Source of the DNA: Nemertoderma westbladi
Lineage: Eukaryota > Animalia > Xenacoelomorpha
Assembly: GCA_032718475.1 (NCBI GenBank)
Contig: JAUCBJ010002196.1
Coordinates: forward strand, 1-64,000
Direction: 5' to 3'
DNA: 64,000 nucleotides
Shown here: positions 10,813 through 25,800 of the stretch, in pieces
Layout: each line of letters begins with the position of its first letter
Numbering within the stretch: position 1 is the first letter of the stretch
Program-made: the position numbers and the translations under genes
The notes under the pieces: model-generated
Told to the model about the DNA's origin: nothing
Databases searched by the model: none
The model's input: the letters and a program-made list of their open reading frames with translations, nothing else

Positions 10813-13800
10813 AATTAATACTCAATGCCTGTGTCACACAATACTATCAGCTTGTGTCACACAATACTCTCTGAGTGTGTGACTCAATACTCTCTGCCTG
10901 TGTCACACAATACTCTCTGCTTGTGTCACACAAGACGCTCTGCTTGTGTCACACAATACTCTCTGTCTGTGTCACACAATACGTTCTGCTTGTGTCACAC
11001 AATACGTTCTGCTTGTGTCACACAATACTCTCTACCTGTGTCACAGAATACTCTCTACCTGTGTCACACAATACTCTCTGTCTGTGTCACTCAATACTCT
11101 CTGCCTGTGTCACACAATACTCTCTGCCTGTGTCACACAATACTATCAGCTTGTGTCACACAATACTATCTGCCTGTGTCACACAATACTCACTGATTGT
11201 GTCGCACAATACTCTCTGCCTGTGTCACACAATACTCTCTGCTGGTGTCACACAATACTATCTGCCTGCGTCACACAATACTCCTGCTTGTGTCACACAA
11301 TACGCTCTGCTTGTGTCACACAATACTCTCAGTCTGTGTCACACAAGACGCTCTGAGTGTGTGACTCAATACTCTCTGCCTGTGTCACACAATACTATCA
11401 GCTTCTGTCACACAATACACTCTGCCTGTGTCACACAATACTCTCTGAGTGTGTGACTCAATACTCTCTGCCTGTGTCACACAATACTCTCTGAGTGTGT
11501 GACTCAATACTCTCTGCCTGTGTCACACAATACTATCAGCTTGTGTCACACAATACTCTCTGCCTGTGTCACACAATACTCTCTGATTGTGTCACACAAT
11601 ACTCTCTGTCTGTGTCAAACAATACTCTCTGCTTGTGTCACACAATACTCTCTGCCCGTGTCACGCAATACTCTCTGAGTGTGTGAATTAATACTCACTG
11701 CCTGTGTCACACAATACTATCAGCTTGTGTCATACAATAATCTCTGCCTGTGTCACACAATACTATCAGCTTGTGTCATACAATACTCTCTGCCTGTGTC
11801 ACACAATACTCTCTGATTGTGTCACACAATACTCTCTGTCTGTGTCACACAATAATCTCTGCTTGTGTCACACAATACTCTCTGCCTGTGTCACACAATA
11901 CTATCAGCTTGTGCACACAATACTCTCTGTCTGTGTCACACAATACTCTCTGAGTGTGTGACTCAATACTCTCTGCCTGTGTCACACAATACTATCAGCT
12001 TGTGTCATACAATACTCTCTGCCTGTGTCACACAATACTATCAGCTTGTGTCATACAATACTCTCTGCCTGTGTCACACAATACTCTCTGATTGTGTCAC
12101 ACAATACTCTCTGTCTGTGTCACACAATACTCTCTGCTTGTGTCACACAATACTCTCTGCCTGTGTCACACAATACTATCAGCTTGTGTCACACAATACT
12201 CTCTGTCTGTGTCACACAATACTCTCTGCCTGTGTCACACAATACTCCTGCTTGTGTCACACAAGACGCTCTGCTTGTGTCACACAATATTCTCTGTCTG
12301 TGTCACACAATACTATCAGCTTGTGTCACACAATACTCTCTGCCTGTGTCACACAATACTCTATGTCTGTGTCACACAATACTATCAGCTTGTGTCACAC
12401 AATACTCTCTACCTGTGTCACACAATACTCTCTGAGTGTGTGAATTAATACTCACTGCCTGTGTCACACAATACTATCAGCTTGTGTCACACAATACTCT
12501 CTGAGTGTGTGACTCAATACTCTCTGCCTGTGTCACACAATACTCTCTGCTTGTGTCACACAAGACGCTCTGCTTGTGTCACACAATATTCTCTGTCTGT
12601 GTCACACAATACGTTCTGCTTGTGTCACACAATACGTACTGCTTGTGTCACACAATACTCTCTACCTGTGTCACAGAATACTCTCTACCTGTGTCACACA
12701 ATACTCTCTGTCTGTGTCACACAATACTCTCTGCCTGTGTCACACAATACTCTCTGCCTGTGTCACACAATACTATCAGCTTGTGTCACACAATACTATC
12801 TGCCTGTGTAACACAATACTCACTGATTGTGTCGCACAATACTCTCTGCCTGTGTCACACAATACTCTCTGCTGGTGTCACACAATGCTCTCTGCCTGCG
12901 TCACAGAATACTCTCTACCTGTGTCACACAATACTCTCTGTCTGTGTCACACAATACTCTCTGCCTGTGTCACACAATACTCTCTGCCTGTGTCACACAA
13001 TACTATCAGCTTGTGTCACACAATACTATCTGCCTGTGTAACACAATACTCACTGATTGTGTCGCACAATACTCTCTGCCTGTGTCATACAATACTCTCT
13101 GCTTGTGTCACACAATACTCTCTGCCCTTGTCACGCAATACTCTCTGAGTGTGTGAATTAATACTCACTGCCTGTGTCACACAATACTATCAGCTTGTGT
13201 CATACAATACTCTCTGCCTGTGTCATACAATACTATCAGCTTGTGTCATACAATACTCTCTGCCTGTGTCACACAATACTCTCTGCTTGTGTCACACAAT
13301 ACTCTCTGCCCTTGTCACACAATACTCTCTGAGTGTGTGAATTAATACTCACTGCCTGTGTCACACAATACTATCAGCTTGTGTCACACAATACTCTCTG
13401 AGTGTGTGAATTAATACTCACTGCCTGTGTCACACAATACTATCAGCTTGTGTCACACAATACTCTCTGAGTGTGTGAATTAATACTCACTGCCTGTGTC
13501 ACACAATACTATCAGCTTGTGTCATACAATACTCTCTGCCTGTGTCACACAATACTATCAGCTTGTGTCACACAATACTCTCTGAGTGTGTGAATTAATA
13601 CTCACTGCCTGTGTCACACAATACTATCAGCTTGTGTCATACAATACTCTCTGCCTGTGTCACACAATACTATCAGCTTGTGTCATACAATACTCTCTGC
13701 CTGTGTCACACAATACTATCAGCTTGTGTCATACAATACTCTCTGTCTGTGTCACACAATACTCTCTGCTTGTGTCACACAATACTCTCTGCCCTTGTCA

Positions 13801-16800
13801 CGCAATACTCTCTGAGTGTGTGAATTAATACTCACTGCCTGTGTCACACAATACTATCAGCTTGTGTCATACAATACTCTCTGTCTGTGTCACACAATAC
13901 TCTCTGCTTGTGTCACACAATACTCTCTGCCCTTGTCACGCAATACTCTCTGAGTGTGTGAATTAATACTCACTGCCTGTGTCACACAATACTATCAGCT
14001 TGTGTCATACAATACTCTCTGCCTGTGTCACACAATACTATCAGCTTGTGTCATACAATACTCTCTGCCTGTGTCACACAATACTATCAGCTTGTGTCAT
14101 ACAATACTCTCTGCCTGTGTCACACAATACTATCAGCTTGTGTCATACAATACTCTCTGCCTGTGTCACACAATACTATCAGCTTGTGTCACACAATACT
14201 CTCTGAGTGTGTGAATTAATACTCACTGCCTGTGTCACACAATACTATCAGCTTGTGTCATACAATACTCTCTGCCTGTGTCACACAATACTATCAGCTT
14301 GTGTCACACAATACTCTCTGAGTGTGTGAATTAATACTCACTGCCTGTGTCACACAATACTATCAGCTTGTGTCATACAATACTCTCTGCCTGTGTCACA
14401 CAATACTATCAGCTTGTGTCACACAATACTCTCTGAGTGTGTGAATTAATACTCACTGCCTGTGTCACACAATACTATCAGCTTGTGTCATACAATACTC
14501 TCTGCTTGTGTCACACAATACTCTCTGCCCTTGTCACGCAATACTCTCTGAGTGTGTGAATTAATACTCACTGCCTGTGTCACACAATACTATCAGCTTG
14601 TGTCATACAATACTCTCTGCCTGTGTCACACAATACTATCAGCTTGTGTCATACAATACTCTCTGCCTGTGTCACACAATACTATCAGCTTGTGTCATAC
14701 AATACTCTCTGCCTGTGTCACACAATACTCTCTGATTGTGTCACACAATACTCTCTGTCTGTGTCACACAATAATCTCTGCTTGTGTCACACAATACTCT
14801 CTGCCTGTGTCACACAATACTATCAGCTTGTGTCACACAATACTCTCTGCCTGTGCCACACAATACTATCAGCTTGTGTCATACAATACTCTCTGCTTGT
14901 GTCACACAATACTCTCTGCCTGTGTCACACAATACTCTCTGATTGTGTCACACAATACTCTCTGCCTGTGTCACACAATACTCTCTGAGTGTGTGACTCA
15001 ATACTCTCTGCCTGTGTCACACAATACTATCAGCTTGTGTCACACAATACTCTCTGCCTGTGCCACACAATACTATCAGCTTGTGTCATACAATACTCTC
15101 TGCCTGTGTCACACAATACTATCAGCTTGTGTCACACAATACTCTCTGCCTGTGCCACACAATACTATCAGCTTGTGTCATACAATACTCTCTGCCTGTG
15201 CCACACAATACTATCAGCTTGTGTCATACAATACTCTCTGCCTGTGCCACACAATACTCTCTGTCTGTGTCACACAATACTCTCTGCCTGTGTCACACAA
15301 TACTCTCTGCCTGTGTCACACAATACTATCAGCTTGTCTCACACAATACTATCAGCTTGTGTCACACAATACTCTCTGCCTGTGCCACACAATACTCTCT
15401 GCCTGTGTCACACAATACTATCAGCTTGTCTCACACAATACTATCAGCTTGTGTCACACAATACTCTCTGCCTGTGCCACACAATACTATCAGCTTGTGT
15501 CATACAATACTCTCTGCCTGTGTCACACAATACTATCAGCTTGTGTCACACAATACTCTCTGCCTGTGCCACACAATACTATCAGCTTGTGTCATACAAT
15601 ACTCTCTGCCTGTGCCACACAATACTCTCTGTCTGTGTCACACAATACTCTCTGCCTGTGTCACACAATACTCTCTGCCTGTGTCACACAATACTATCAG
15701 CTTGTCTCACACAATACTATCAGCTTGTGTCACACAATACTCTCTGCCTGTGCCACACAATACTATCAGCTTGTGTCATACAATACTCTCTGCCTGTGTC
15801 ACACAATACTATCAGCTTGTGTCACACAATACTCTCTGCCTGTGCCACACAATACTATCAGCTTGTGTCATACAATACTCTCTGCCTGTGCCACACAATA
15901 CTCTCTGTCTGTGTCACACAATACTCTCTGCCTGTGTCACACAATACTCTCTGCCTGTGTCACACAATACTATCAGCTTGTCTCACACAATACTATCAGC
16001 TTGTGTCACACAATACTCTCTGCCTGTGCCACACAATACTATCAGCTTGTGTCATACAATACTCTCTGCCTGTGTCACACAATACTATCAGCTTGTGTCA
16101 CACAATACTCTCTGCCTGTGTCACACAATACTCTCTGCCTGTGTCACACAATACTCTCTGCCTGTGTCACACAATACTCTCTGCCTGTGTCACACAATAC
16201 TCTCTACCTGTGTCACACAATAATCTCTGCTTGTGTCACACAATACTATCAGCTTGTGTCACACAATATTCTCTGAGTGTGTGACTCAATACTCTCTGCC
16301 TGTGTCACACAATACTATCAGCTTGTGTCACACAATACTCTCTGCCTGTGCCACACAATACTATCAGCTTGTGTCATACAATACTCTCTGCCTGTGTCAC
16401 ACAATACTATCAGCTTGTGTCACACAATACTCTCTGCCTGTGTCACACAATACTCTCTGCCTGTGTCACACAATACTCTCTACCTGTGTCACACAATAAT
16501 CTCTGCTTGTGTCACACAATACTCACTGCCTGTGTCACACAATACTATCAGCTTGTGTCATACAATACTCTCTGCCTGTGTCACACAATACTATCAGCTT
16601 GTGTCATACAATACTCTCTGCCTGTGTCACACAATACTCTCTGATTGTGTCACACAATACTCTCTGTCTGTGTCACACAATAATCTCTGCTTGTGTCACA
16701 CAATACTCTCTGCCTGTGTCACACAATACTCTCTGCCTGTGTCACACAATACTATCAGCTTGTGTCATACAATACTCTCTGCCTGTGTCACACAATACTC

Positions 16801-19800
16801 TCTGCCTGTGACACACAATACTCTCTGCCTGTGACACACAATACTCTCTGCCTGTGACACACAATACTCTCTGCCTGTGTCACACAATACTCTCTGATTG
16901 TGTCACACAATACTCTCTGCCTGTGCCACACAATACTATCAGCCTGTGTCACACAATAATCTCTGCTTGTGTCACACAATACTCTCTGCCTGTGTCACAC
17001 AATACTCTCTGCCCTTGTCACACAATACTCTCTGTCTGTGTCACACAATAATCTCTGCTTGTGTCACACAATACTCTCTGATTGTGTCACACAATACTCT
17101 CTGCCTGTGTCACACAATACTATCAGCTTGTGTCATACAATACTCTCTGCCTGTGTCACACAATACTCTCTGCCTGTGTCACACAATACTCTCTGATTGT
17201 GTCACACAATACTCTCTGTCTGTGTCACACAATAATCTCTGCTTGTGTCACACAATACTCTCTGCCTGTGTCACACAATACTCTCTGATTGTGTCACACA
17301 ATACTCTCTGTCTGTGTCACACAATAATCTCTGCTTGTGTCACACAATACTCTCTGCCTGTGTCACACAATACTATCAGCTTGTGTCATACAATACTCTC
17401 TGCCTGTGTCACACAATACTCTCTGCCTGTGTCACACAATACTCTCTGTCTGTGTCACACAATAATCTCTGCTTGTGTCACACAATACTCTCTGCCTGTG
17501 TCACACAATACTATCAGCTTGTGTACACAATACTCTCTGTCTGTGTCACACAATACTCTCTGAGTGTGTGACTCAATACTCTCTGCCTGTGTCACACAAT
17601 ACTATCAGCTTGTGTCATACAATACTCTCTGCCTGTGTCACACAATACTATCAGCTTGTGTCATACAATACTCTCTGCCTGTGTCACACAATACTCTCTG
17701 ATTGTGTCACACAATACTCTCTGTCTGTGTCACACAATACTCTCTGCTTGTGTCACACAATACTCTCTGCCTGTGTCACACAATACTCTCTGATTGTGTC
17801 ACACAATACTCTCTGCCTGTGTCACACAATACTATCAGCTTGTGTCATACAATACTCTCTGCCTGTGTCACACAATACTCTCTGCCTGTGTCACACAATA
17901 CTCTCTGATTGTGTCACACAATACTCTCTGTCTGTGTCACACAATAATCTCTGCTTGTGTCACACAATACTCTCTGCCTGTGTCACACAATACTCTCTGA
18001 TTGTGTCACACAATACTCTCTGTCTGTGTCACACAATAATCTCTGCTTGTGTCACACAATACTCTCTGCCTGTGTCACACAATACTATCAGCTTGTGTCA
18101 TACAATACTCTCTGCCTGTGTCACACAATACTCTCTGCCTGTGTCACACAATACTCTCTGTCTGTGTCACACAATAATCTCTGCTTGTGTCACACAATAC
18201 TCTCTGCCTGTGTCACACAATACTATCAGCTTGTGTACACAATACTCTCTGTCTGTGTCACACAATACTCTCTGAGTGTGTGACTCAATACTCTCTGCCT
18301 GTGTCACACAATACTATCAGCTTGTGTCATACAATACTCTCTGCCTGTGTCACACAATACTATCAGCTTGTGTCATACAATACTCTCTGCCTGTGTCACA
18401 CAATACTCTCTGATTGTGTCACACAATACTCTCTGTCTGTGTCACACAATACTCTCTGCTTGTGTCACACAATACTCTCTGCCTGTGTCACACAATACTA
18501 TCAGCTTGTGTCACACAATACTCTCTGTCTGTGTCACACAATACTCTCTGCCTGTGTCACACAATACTCTCTGCCTGTGTCACACAATACTCCTGCTTGT
18601 GTCACACAAGACGCTCTGATTGTGTCACACAATATTCTCTGTCTGTGTCACACAATACTATCAGCTTGTGTCACACAATACTCTCTGCCTGTGTCACACA
18701 ATACTCTATGTCTGTGTCACACAATACTATCAGCTTGTGTCACACAATACTCTCTACCTGTGTCACACAATACTCTCTGAGTGTGTGAATTAATACTCAC
18801 TGCCTGTGTCACACAATACTATCAGCTTGTGTCACACAATACTCTCTGAGTGTGTGACTCAATACTCTCTGCCTGTGTCACACAATACTCTCTGCTTGTG
18901 TCACACAAGACGCTCTGCTTGTGTCACACAATACTCTCTGTCTGTGTCACACAATACGTTCTGCTTGTGTCACACAATACGTACTGCTTGTGTCACACAA
19001 TACTCTCTACCTGTGTCACAGAATACTCTCTACCTGTGTCACACAATACTCTCTGTCTGTGTCACACAATACTCTCTGCCTGTGTCACACAATACTCTCT
19101 GCCTGTGTCACACAATACTATCAGCTTGTGTCACACAATACTATCTGCCTGTGTAACACAATACTCACTGATTGTGTCGCACAATACTCTCTGCCTGTGT
19201 CACACAATACTCTCTGCTGGTGTCACACAATGCTCTCTGCCTGCGTCACACAATACTCCTGCTTGTGTCACACAATACGCTCTGCTTGTGTCACACAATA
19301 CTCTCAGTCTGTATCACACAAGACGCTCTGAGTGTGTGACTCAATACTCTCTGCCTGTGTCACACAATACTATCAGCTTCTGTCACACAATACTCTCTGC
19401 CTGTGTCACACAATACTCTCTGAGCGTGTGATTCAATACTCTCTGCCTGTGTCACACAATACTCTCTGAGTGTGTGACTCAATACTCTCTGCCTGTGTCA
19501 CACAATACTATCAGCTTGTGTCACACAATACTCTCTGCCTGTGTGACACAATACTCTCTGAGTGTGTGAATTAATACTCAATGCCTGTGTCACACAATAC
19601 TATCAGCTTGTGTCACACAATACTCTCTGAGTGTGTGACTCAATACTCTCTGCCTGTGTCACACAATACTCTCTACTTGTGTCACACAAGACGCTCTGCT
19701 TGTGTCACACAATACTCTCTGTCTGTGTCACACAATACGTTCTGCTTGTGTCACACAATACGTTCTGCTTGTGTCACACAATACTCTCTACCTGTGTCAC

Positions 19801-22800
19801 AGAATACTCTCTACCTGTGTCACACAATACTCTCTGTCTGTGTCACTCAATACTCTCTGCCTGTGTCACACAATACTCTCTGCCTGTGTCACACAATACT
19901 ATCAGCTTGTGTCACACAATACTATCTGCCTGTGTCACACAATACTCACTGATTGTGTCGCACAATACTCTCTGCCTGTGTCACACAATACTCTCTGCTG
20001 GTGTCACACAATACTATCTGCCTGCGTCACACAATACTCCTGCTTGTGTCACACAATACGCTCTGCTTGTGTCACACAATACTCTCAGTCTGTGTCACAC
20101 AAGACGCTCTGAGTGTGTGACTCAATACTCTCTGCCTGTGTCACACAATACTATCAGCTTCTGTCACACAATACACTCTGCCTGTGTCACACAATACTCT
20201 CTGAGTGTGTGACTCAATACTCTCTGCCTGTGTCACACAATACTCTCTGAGTGTGTGACTCAATACTCTCTGCCTGTGTCACACAATACTATCAGCTTGT
20301 GTCACACAATACTCTCTGCCTGTGTCACACAATACTCTCTGATTGTGTCACACAATACTCTCTGTCTGTGTCAAACAATACTCTCTGCTTGTGTCACACA
20401 ATACTCTCTGCCCGTGTCACGCAATACTCTCTGAGTGTGTGAATTAATACTCACTGCCTGTGTCACACAATACTATCAGCTTGTGTCATACAATACTCTC
20501 TGCCTGTGTCACACAATACTATCAGCTTGTGTCATACAATACTCTCTGCCTGTGTCACACAATACTCTCTGATTGTGTCACACAATACTCTCTGTCTGTG
20601 TCACACAATAATCTCTGCTTGTGTCACACAATACTCTCTGCCTGTGTCACACAATACTATCAGCTTGTGTACACAATACTCTCTGTCTGTGTCACACAAT
20701 ACTCTCTGAGTGTGTGACTCAATACTCTCTGCCTGTGTCACACAATACTATCAGCTTGTGTCATACAATACTCTCTGCCTGTGTCACACAATACTATCAG
20801 CTTGTGTCATACAATACTCTCTGCCTGTGTCACACAATACTCTCTGATTGTGTCACACAATACTCTCTGTCTGTGTCACACAATACTCTCTGCTTGTGTC
20901 ACACAATACTCTCTGCCTGTGTCACACAATACTATCAGCTTGTGTCACACAATACTCTCTGTCTGTGTCACACAATACTCTCTGCCTGTGTCACACAATA
21001 CTCCTGCTTGTGTCACACAAGACGCTCTGCTTGTGTCACACAATATTCTCTGTCTGTGTCACACAATACTATCAGCTTGTGTCACACAATACTCTCTGCC
21101 TGTGTCACACAATACTCTATGTCTGTGTCACACAATACTATCAGCTTGTGTCACACAATACTCTCTACCTGTGTCACACAATACTCTCTGAGTGTGTGAA
21201 TTAATACTCACTGCCTGTGTCACACAATACTATCAGCTTGTGTCACACAATACTCTCTGAGTGTGTGACTCAATACTCTCTGCCTGTGTCACACAATACT
21301 CTCTGCTTGTGTCACACAAGACGCTCTGCTTGTGTCACACAATACTCTCTGTCTGTGTCACACAATACGTTCTGCTTGTGTCACACAATACGTACTGCTT
21401 GTGTCACACAATACTCTCTACCTGTGTCACAGAATACTCTCTACCTGTGTCACACAATACTCTCTGTCTGTGTCACACAATACTCTCTGCCTGTGTCACA
21501 CAATACTCTCTGCCTGTGTCACACAATACTATCAGCTTGTGTCACACAATACTATCTGCCTGTGTAACACAATACTCACTGATTGTGTCGCACAATACTC
21601 TCTGCCTGTGTCACACAATACTCTCTGCTGGTGTCACACAATGCTCTCTGCCTGCGTCACACAATACTCCTGCTTGTGTCACACAATACGCTCTGCTTGT
21701 GTCACACAATACTCTCTGCTGGTGTCACACAATGCTCTCTGCCTGCGTCACACAATACTATCAGCTTGTGTCACACAATACTCTCTGAGTGTGTGAATTA
21801 ATACTCACTGCCTGTGTCACACAATACTATCAGCTTGTGTCATACAATACTCTCTGCCTGTGTCACACAATACTATCAGCTTGTGTCATACAATACTCTC
21901 TGCCTGTGTCACACAATACTATCAGCTTGTGTCATACAATACTCTCTGCTTGTGTCACACAATACTTTCTGCCCTTGTCACGCAATACTCTCTGAGTGTG
22001 TGAATTAATACTCACTGCCTGTGTCACACAATACTATCAGCTTGTGTCATACAATACTCTCTGCCTGTGTCACACAATACTATCAGCTTGTGTCATACAA
22101 TACTCTCTGCCTGTGTCACACAATACTATCAGCTTGTGTCATACAATACTCTCTGCTTGTGTCACACAATACTCTCTGCCCTTGTCACGCAATACTCTCT
22201 GAGTGTGTGAATTAATACTCACTGCCTGTGTCACACAATACTATCAGCTTGTGTCATACAATACTCTCTGCCTGTGTCACACAATACTATCAGCTTGTGT
22301 CATACAATACTCTCTGCCTGTGTCACACAATACTATCAGCTTGTGTCATACAATACTCTCTGCCTGTGTCACACAATACTCTCTGATTGTGTCACACAAT
22401 ACTCTCTGTCTGTGTCACACAATAATCTCTGCTTGTGTCACACAATACTCTCTGCCTGTGTCACACAATACTATCAGCTTGTGTCACACAATACTCTCTG
22501 CCTGTGCCACACAATACTATCAGCTTGTGTCATACAATACTCTCTGCTTGTGTCACACAATACTCTCTGCCTGTGTCACACAATGCTCTCTGATTGTGTC
22601 ACACAATACTCTCTGCCTGTGTCACACAATACTCTCTGAGTGTGTGACTCAATACTCTCTGCCTGTGTCACACAATACTATCAGCTTGTGTCACACAATA
22701 CTCTCTGCCTGTGCCACACAATACTATCAGCTTGTGTCATACAATACTCTCTGCCTGTGTCACACAATACTATCAGCTTGTGTCACACAATACTCTCTGC

Positions 22801-25800
22801 CTGTGCCACACAATACTATCAGCTTGTGTCATACAATACTCTCTGCCTGTGCCACACAATACTATCAGCTTGTGTCATACAATACTCTCTGCCTGTGCCA
22901 CACAATACTCTCTGTCTGTGTCACACAATACTCTCTGCCTGTGTCACACAATACTCTCTGCCTGTGTCACACAATACTATCAGCTTGTCTCACACAATAC
23001 TATCAGCTTGTGTCACACAATACTCTCTGCCTGTGCCACACAATACTATCAGCTTGTGTCATACAATACTCTCTGCCTGTGTCACACAATACTATCAGCT
23101 TGTGTCACACAATACTCTCTGCCTGTGCCACACAATACTATCAGCTTGTGTCATACAATACTCTCTGCCTGTGCCACACAATACTCTCTGTCTGTGTCAC
23201 ACAATACTCTCTGCCTGTGTCACACAATACTCTCTGCCTGTGTCACACAATACTATCAGCTTGTCTCACACAATACTATCAGCTTGTGTCACACAATACT
23301 CTCTGCCTGTGCCACACAATACTATCAGCTTGTGTCATACAATACTCTCTGCCTGTGTCACACAATACTATCAGCTTGTGTCACACAATACTCTCTGCCT
23401 GTGCCACACAATACTATCAGCTTGTGTCATACAATACTCTCTGCCTGTGCCACACAATACTCTCTGTCTGTGTCACACAATACTCTCTGCCTGTGTCACA
23501 CAATACTCTCTGCCTGTGTCACACAATACTATCAGCTTGTCTCACACAATACTATCAGCTTGTGTCACACAATACTCTCTGCCTGTGCCACACAATACTA
23601 TCAGCTTGTGTCATACAATACTCTCTGCCTGTGTCACACAATACTATCAGCTTGTGTCACACAATACTCTCTGCCTGTGTCACACAATACTCTCTGCCTG
23701 TGTCACACAATACTCTCTGCCTGTGTCACACAATACTCTCTGCCTGTGTCACACAATACTCTCTACCTGTGTCACACAATAATCTCTGCTTGTGTCACAC
23801 AATACTATCAGCTTGTGTCACACAATACTCTCTGAGTGTGTGACTCAATACTCTCTGCCTGTGTCACACAATACTATCAGCTTGTGTCACACAATACTCT
23901 CTGCCTGTGCCACACAATACTATCAGCTTGTGTCATACAATACTCTCTGCCTGTGTCACACAATACTATCAGCTTGTGTCACACAATACTCTCTGCCTGT
24001 GTCACACAATACTCTCTGCCTGTGTCACACAATACTCTCTACCTGTGTCACACAATAATCTCTGCTTGTGTCACACAATACTCACTGCCTGTGTCACACA
24101 ATACTATCAGCTTGTGTCATACAATACTCTCTGCCTGTGTCACACAATACTATCAGCTTGTGTCATACAATACTCTCTGCCTGTGTCACACAATACTCTC
24201 TGATTGTGTCACACAATACTCTCTGTCTGTGTCACACAATAATCTCTGCTTGTGTCACACAATACTCTCTGCCTGTGTCACACAATACTCTCTGCCTGTG
24301 TCACACAATACTATCAGCTTGTGTCATACAATAATCTCTGCCTGTGTCACACAATACTCTCTGCCTGTGTCACACAATACTATCAGCTTGTCTCACACAA
24401 TACTATCAGCTTGTGTCACACAATACTCTCTGCCTGTGCCACACAATACTATCAGCTTGTGTCATACAATACTCTCTGCCTGTGTCACACAATACTATCA
24501 GCTTGTGTCACACAATACTCTCTGCCTGTGTCACACAATACTCTCTGCCTGTGTCACACAATACTCTCTGCCTGTGTCACACAATACTCTCTGCCTGTGT
24601 CACACAATACTCTCTACCTGTGTCATACAATAATCTCTGCTTGTGTCACACAATACTATCAGCTTGTGTCACACAATACTCTCTGAGTGTGTGACTCAAT
24701 ACTCTCTGCCTGTGTCACACAATACTATCAGCTTGTGTCACACAATACTCTCTGCCTGTGCCACACAATACTATCAGCTTGTGTCATACAATACTCTCTG
24801 CCTGTGTCACACAATACTATCAGCTTGTGTCACACAATACTCTCTGCCTGTGTCACACAATACTCTCTGCCTGTGTCACACAATACTCTCTACCTGTGTC
24901 ACACAATAATCTCTGCTTGTGTCACACAATACTCACTGCCTGTGTCACACAATACTATCAGCTTGTGTCATACAATACTCTCTGCCTGTGTCACACAATA
25001 CTATCAGCTTGTGTCATACAATACTCTCTGCCTGTGTCACACAATACTCTCTGATTGTGTCACACAATACTCTCTGTCTGTGTCACACAATAATCTCTGC
25101 TTGTGTCACACAATACTCTCTGCCTGTGTCACACAATACTCTCTGCCTGTGTCACACAATACTATCAGCTTGTGTCATACAATACTCTCTGCCTGTGTCA
25201 CACAATACTCTCTGCCTGTGACACACAATACTCTCTGCCTGTGACACACAATACTCTCTGCCTGTGACACACAATACTCTCTGCCTGTGTCACACAATAC
25301 TCTCTGATTGTGTCACACAATACTCTCTGCCTGTGCCACACAATACTATCAGCCTGTGTCACACAATAATCTCTGCTTGTGTCACACAATACTCTCTGCC
25401 TGTGTCACACAATACTCTCTGCCCTTGTCACACAATACTCTCTGTCTGTGTCACACAATAATCTCTGCTTGTGTCACACAATACTCTCTGCTTGTGTCAC
25501 ACAATACTATCAGCTTCTGTCACACAATACTCTCTGCCTGTGTCACACAATACTCTCTGAGCGTGTGATTCAATACTCTCTGCCTGTGTCACACAATACT
25601 CTCTGAGTGTGTGACTCAATACTCTCTGCCTGTGTCACACAATACTATCAGCTTGTGTCACACAATACTCTCTGCCTGTGTGACACAATACTCTCTGAGT
25701 GTGTGAATTAATACTCAATGCCTGTGTCACACAATACTATCAGCTTGTGTCACACAATACTCTCTGAGTGTGTGACTCAATACTCTCTGCCTGTGTCACA

